From Euglena gracilis (lineage: Eukaryota), in contig CP154954.1 in the NCBI GenBank assembly GCA_039621445.1, positions 43,999,847-44,063,846 on the forward strand: a stretch of 64,000 nucleotides of DNA, read 5' to 3'. A program made the position numbers and the translations under genes. Below are positions 62,001-64,000 of the stretch, one piece after another. How positions within the stretch are numbered: position 1 is the first letter of the stretch; each line of letters opens with the position of its first letter. The notes under the pieces are model-generated. The model saw only the letters and a list, made by a program, of their open reading frames with translations. It was not told the DNA's origin and ran no database searches.

Positions 62001-63856
62001 CCCAGATTTTCTTCTTATTCATACAGACAAAAGTGCTTCAGTGAGGACTGTTTCTGACCTCAATTTCCTTCATTTTGGGTGTTTTCATGCCGTCTTTTTT
62101 TTTAGACCTCTGATGGCAGCCCGGAAGCCCTTGGCGCCCACCCGCTCGGCGACGGAGCTGGTGTCGAAGACCCCGACCCCGCTGGCCCGTGTCCGGAGGG
62201 GGTCTGGCGCTGGCTTACATGATTGCCGTCTGTGGAGGCAGTCTTTTTTTTTTACCGTACAACCGTACAAGCGAGGGTGCTTGACGGTTTCTCATTCCTG
62301 GGTTGTTTTGGAAAGTGCAGGGGAAGTCACTCCTTTTTGGACGACACTCACTGAGTTTGTTTCAGTGTCATTCACGTCCTTTGGTTTCTACAGCTGTGCG
62401 GGTTTCTGTGCAAACCGCTGAGGGTTGTGTTTGGCATACGCGTGGACCAGACATCCTGTGGTCCTGTCTGTTCAGAAGTTTCAGCTGAAACCCTGGAGAG
62501 CCAGACAGCCTCCGCGCCTCGACGTGCTGGTGCTGGACGAGACCCTCACGCGAGGGCAGGTGCGGCGGGTCGAAAAGGCCCATGTCGACTCCCTCGTCAA
62601 GGCGTTCACGGAGAACCCGCCGGTGGGGGCCCTGAGCTTCGTGGTGTGGCCGGAGCAGGGTGTGTGTTTTTTGTTTGCGTGTCTGTGCCTATCAGCATGT
62701 GGGCCAGTCTGTCTGTATCCATGAATGTTGCAAATGGCGGATGCTTCCCAAACGACTGAATAATGAAATGTACCCCGTTTGTAGTGTTTTTTTTTTGGAA
62801 GGGGGGGATGGTGGGGATCCAGGCGGGAATCTGTGCACCTGAAAAAATCTCAATTGCACTGTTCTTCTCTGTTGTCACAGCGACGGGGAAGTTCGTCATC
62901 CTGAGCGGGCAGCACCGCTTCCTGGCGGCCACCCAGGTGGCAGACGCGGCGGTGGCCGACACGCGGCCGGCGCCGCAGTGGACCGAGTGGTTCAACTGCC
63001 ACACGGTGCTGGGGTCGGCCAGCCTCGAGGAGAGGCAGCGCGTGGCCGGGAGCATGCAAGCCCGGGACGGGACGGTGAGGGAGATGTCCCTCAGCCAGCG
63101 GGTGGAGTGGCTGGAGCGGGAGGTGGAGCGGGAGCGGCCGGGGGCGGTGCCGGACGGTGAGGCGGGGACCGCCGCCCGCCTGATGGTGAACCGGACGGAG
63201 CTGCTGAAGCGGGTGTACGTGAAGACGGGGTGCACGGAGGCGTCCCACGGCAAGATGGTGTGTGCGCGGATTTCCGTGTGCGTCGTTTTCTATTTGATAC
63301 AATGCACGGATTCCCGCCGAGACGGCCTGCCTCCTTTCTTTTTTCTTTTCAGAAGGAGAGTGCGCGCACGCTGTCCTTTGAAATTCCAGCCATCACATAC
63401 ACATCACTCACTCCCCCCCCCTTAATTCCCCCCCCCCTCCCCTCTCCCTCACCCGCTCTGTGCAGGACAACTGGGTGAAGGCGATGCAGCCGCTGGCGGA
63501 GTGGCTGCTGCACAGCGGGCGGCCGGTGGTGGAGGCGGTGCGGGCGCTGGAGGCGCGCCCCGCGACGGGGGTGGCGGCGGCGCTGTCCCCGTACGCGTTC
63601 AAGGCGATCGAGCAGCTGTACGACCCGCAGGACTACGTCGCCCTGACGAGGGAGATGCTGGACGAGGCGGCGAAGGCGACAACGGTGCGGCTGGGTCGGA
63701 TGTCCATTTCACTGTGTCTGTTGGAACTCTGCCTGCACTTTCACACAGACAGACGCACACACGCGCACGCACGCAAGGAAAGTATGATCATACGTGGACA
63801 GTTGAACCAGTTTTACTGTTCGAGTGGATACAGAGACAGTACGCGGTAAACCGCAC
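56070..63856. promoter_or_regulatory. Dispersed ~14-bp palindromes YGCGG-N4-CCGYR (about 20 copies) throughout element C
   Basis: Copies at about 56071, 56168, 56214, 56265, 56771, 57160, 57859, 58149, 58248, 58346, 58540, 59423, 59459, 60260, 60354, 61363, 61393, 61880, 63266, 63306 and 63842. Confidence 0.65.
58597..61866 (+). CDS. Putative DDE transposase (Academ/DUF6589-like) of element C; spliced, with apparent frameshifts
   Basis: Exons 58597-59173 (CVLWLDNFCWLRWG), 59532-~60195 (PLLVDENIHYRILRLLY...VPLLYGIWHAYKH) and ~60460-61866 (FVEEAGEAMLSRL...SLYEPP...GYVS). Frame changes near 60110 and 61345, inferred from homology to A. Confidence 0.68.
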
Positions 63857-64000
63857 ACTACACAATGCGCGGTCAGGTGGAATGGGACGGGGGAGGAATG
63901 GCACTCCGCTGTCAAGGCGGTGGTGGGGACGCTGATCCGCCGCCGCACGTGGACGTGGCTGCTGATGCACCCGGACCTTCACCACGTCCACCCGACCCGC
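62113..64000 (+). CDS. ParB/Srx-like domain protein of element C (5' part)
   Basis: ATG at 62113 after a T-tract and AG. Approximate exons: 62113-62200, ~62515-62659 (RGQVRRVEKAHVDSLVKAFTENPPVGALSFVVWPE), 62881-63257 (GKFVILSGQHRFLAA...EERQRVAGSMQARDGTVREMSLSQRVEWL), 63466-63695, ~63915-end. Intron positions match those in A. Confidence 0.7.

Larger units (their letters stand above)
55746..64000 (+). mobile_element. Element 'C': divergent coding member of the CTTAG-TIR family; right end lies outside the window
   Basis: Left terminus cttaggcggcgcgaattgccca matches the TIRs of A and B. Same gene order and homologous proteins as A. Predicted TSD tctgg (55741-55745). Confidence 0.85.

Overview
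Eukaryotic, intron- and repeat-rich DNA, most likely from a euglenid. The evidence is many non-GT-AG introns whose ends base-pair, several with CAG at +4..6 and CTG at -8..-6, plus TTAGGG-type repeats. Host genes lie on the minus strand: two tandem paralogues of a multi-domain family I soluble inorganic pyrophosphatase (the complete copy, 54184->30197, has three PPase domains and a coiled-coil tail) and exons of one unidentified gene. Most of the rest is nested mobile DNA. The main discovery is a family of large DNA transposons with TIRs starting CTTAG and 5-bp TSDs, present four times (10576-21739, 24295-28993, 46417-51910, 55746->window end). The coding members carry a divergent Academ/DUF6589-like DDE transposase and a multi-exon ParB/Srx-domain (SGQHR) protein. 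Each element is studded with its own palindrome (GAAGCG-N6-CGCTTC, YGCGG-N4-CCGYR or GGAACC-NN-GGTTCC), which resembles a self-encoded ParB/parS-like system. Also present are head-to-tail Helitron-like units inserted in a telomeric-type tract and several hAT-like, Tc1-like and foldback MITEs. Protein family calls rest on motifs read by eye, with no database search, and exon boundaries are approximate.
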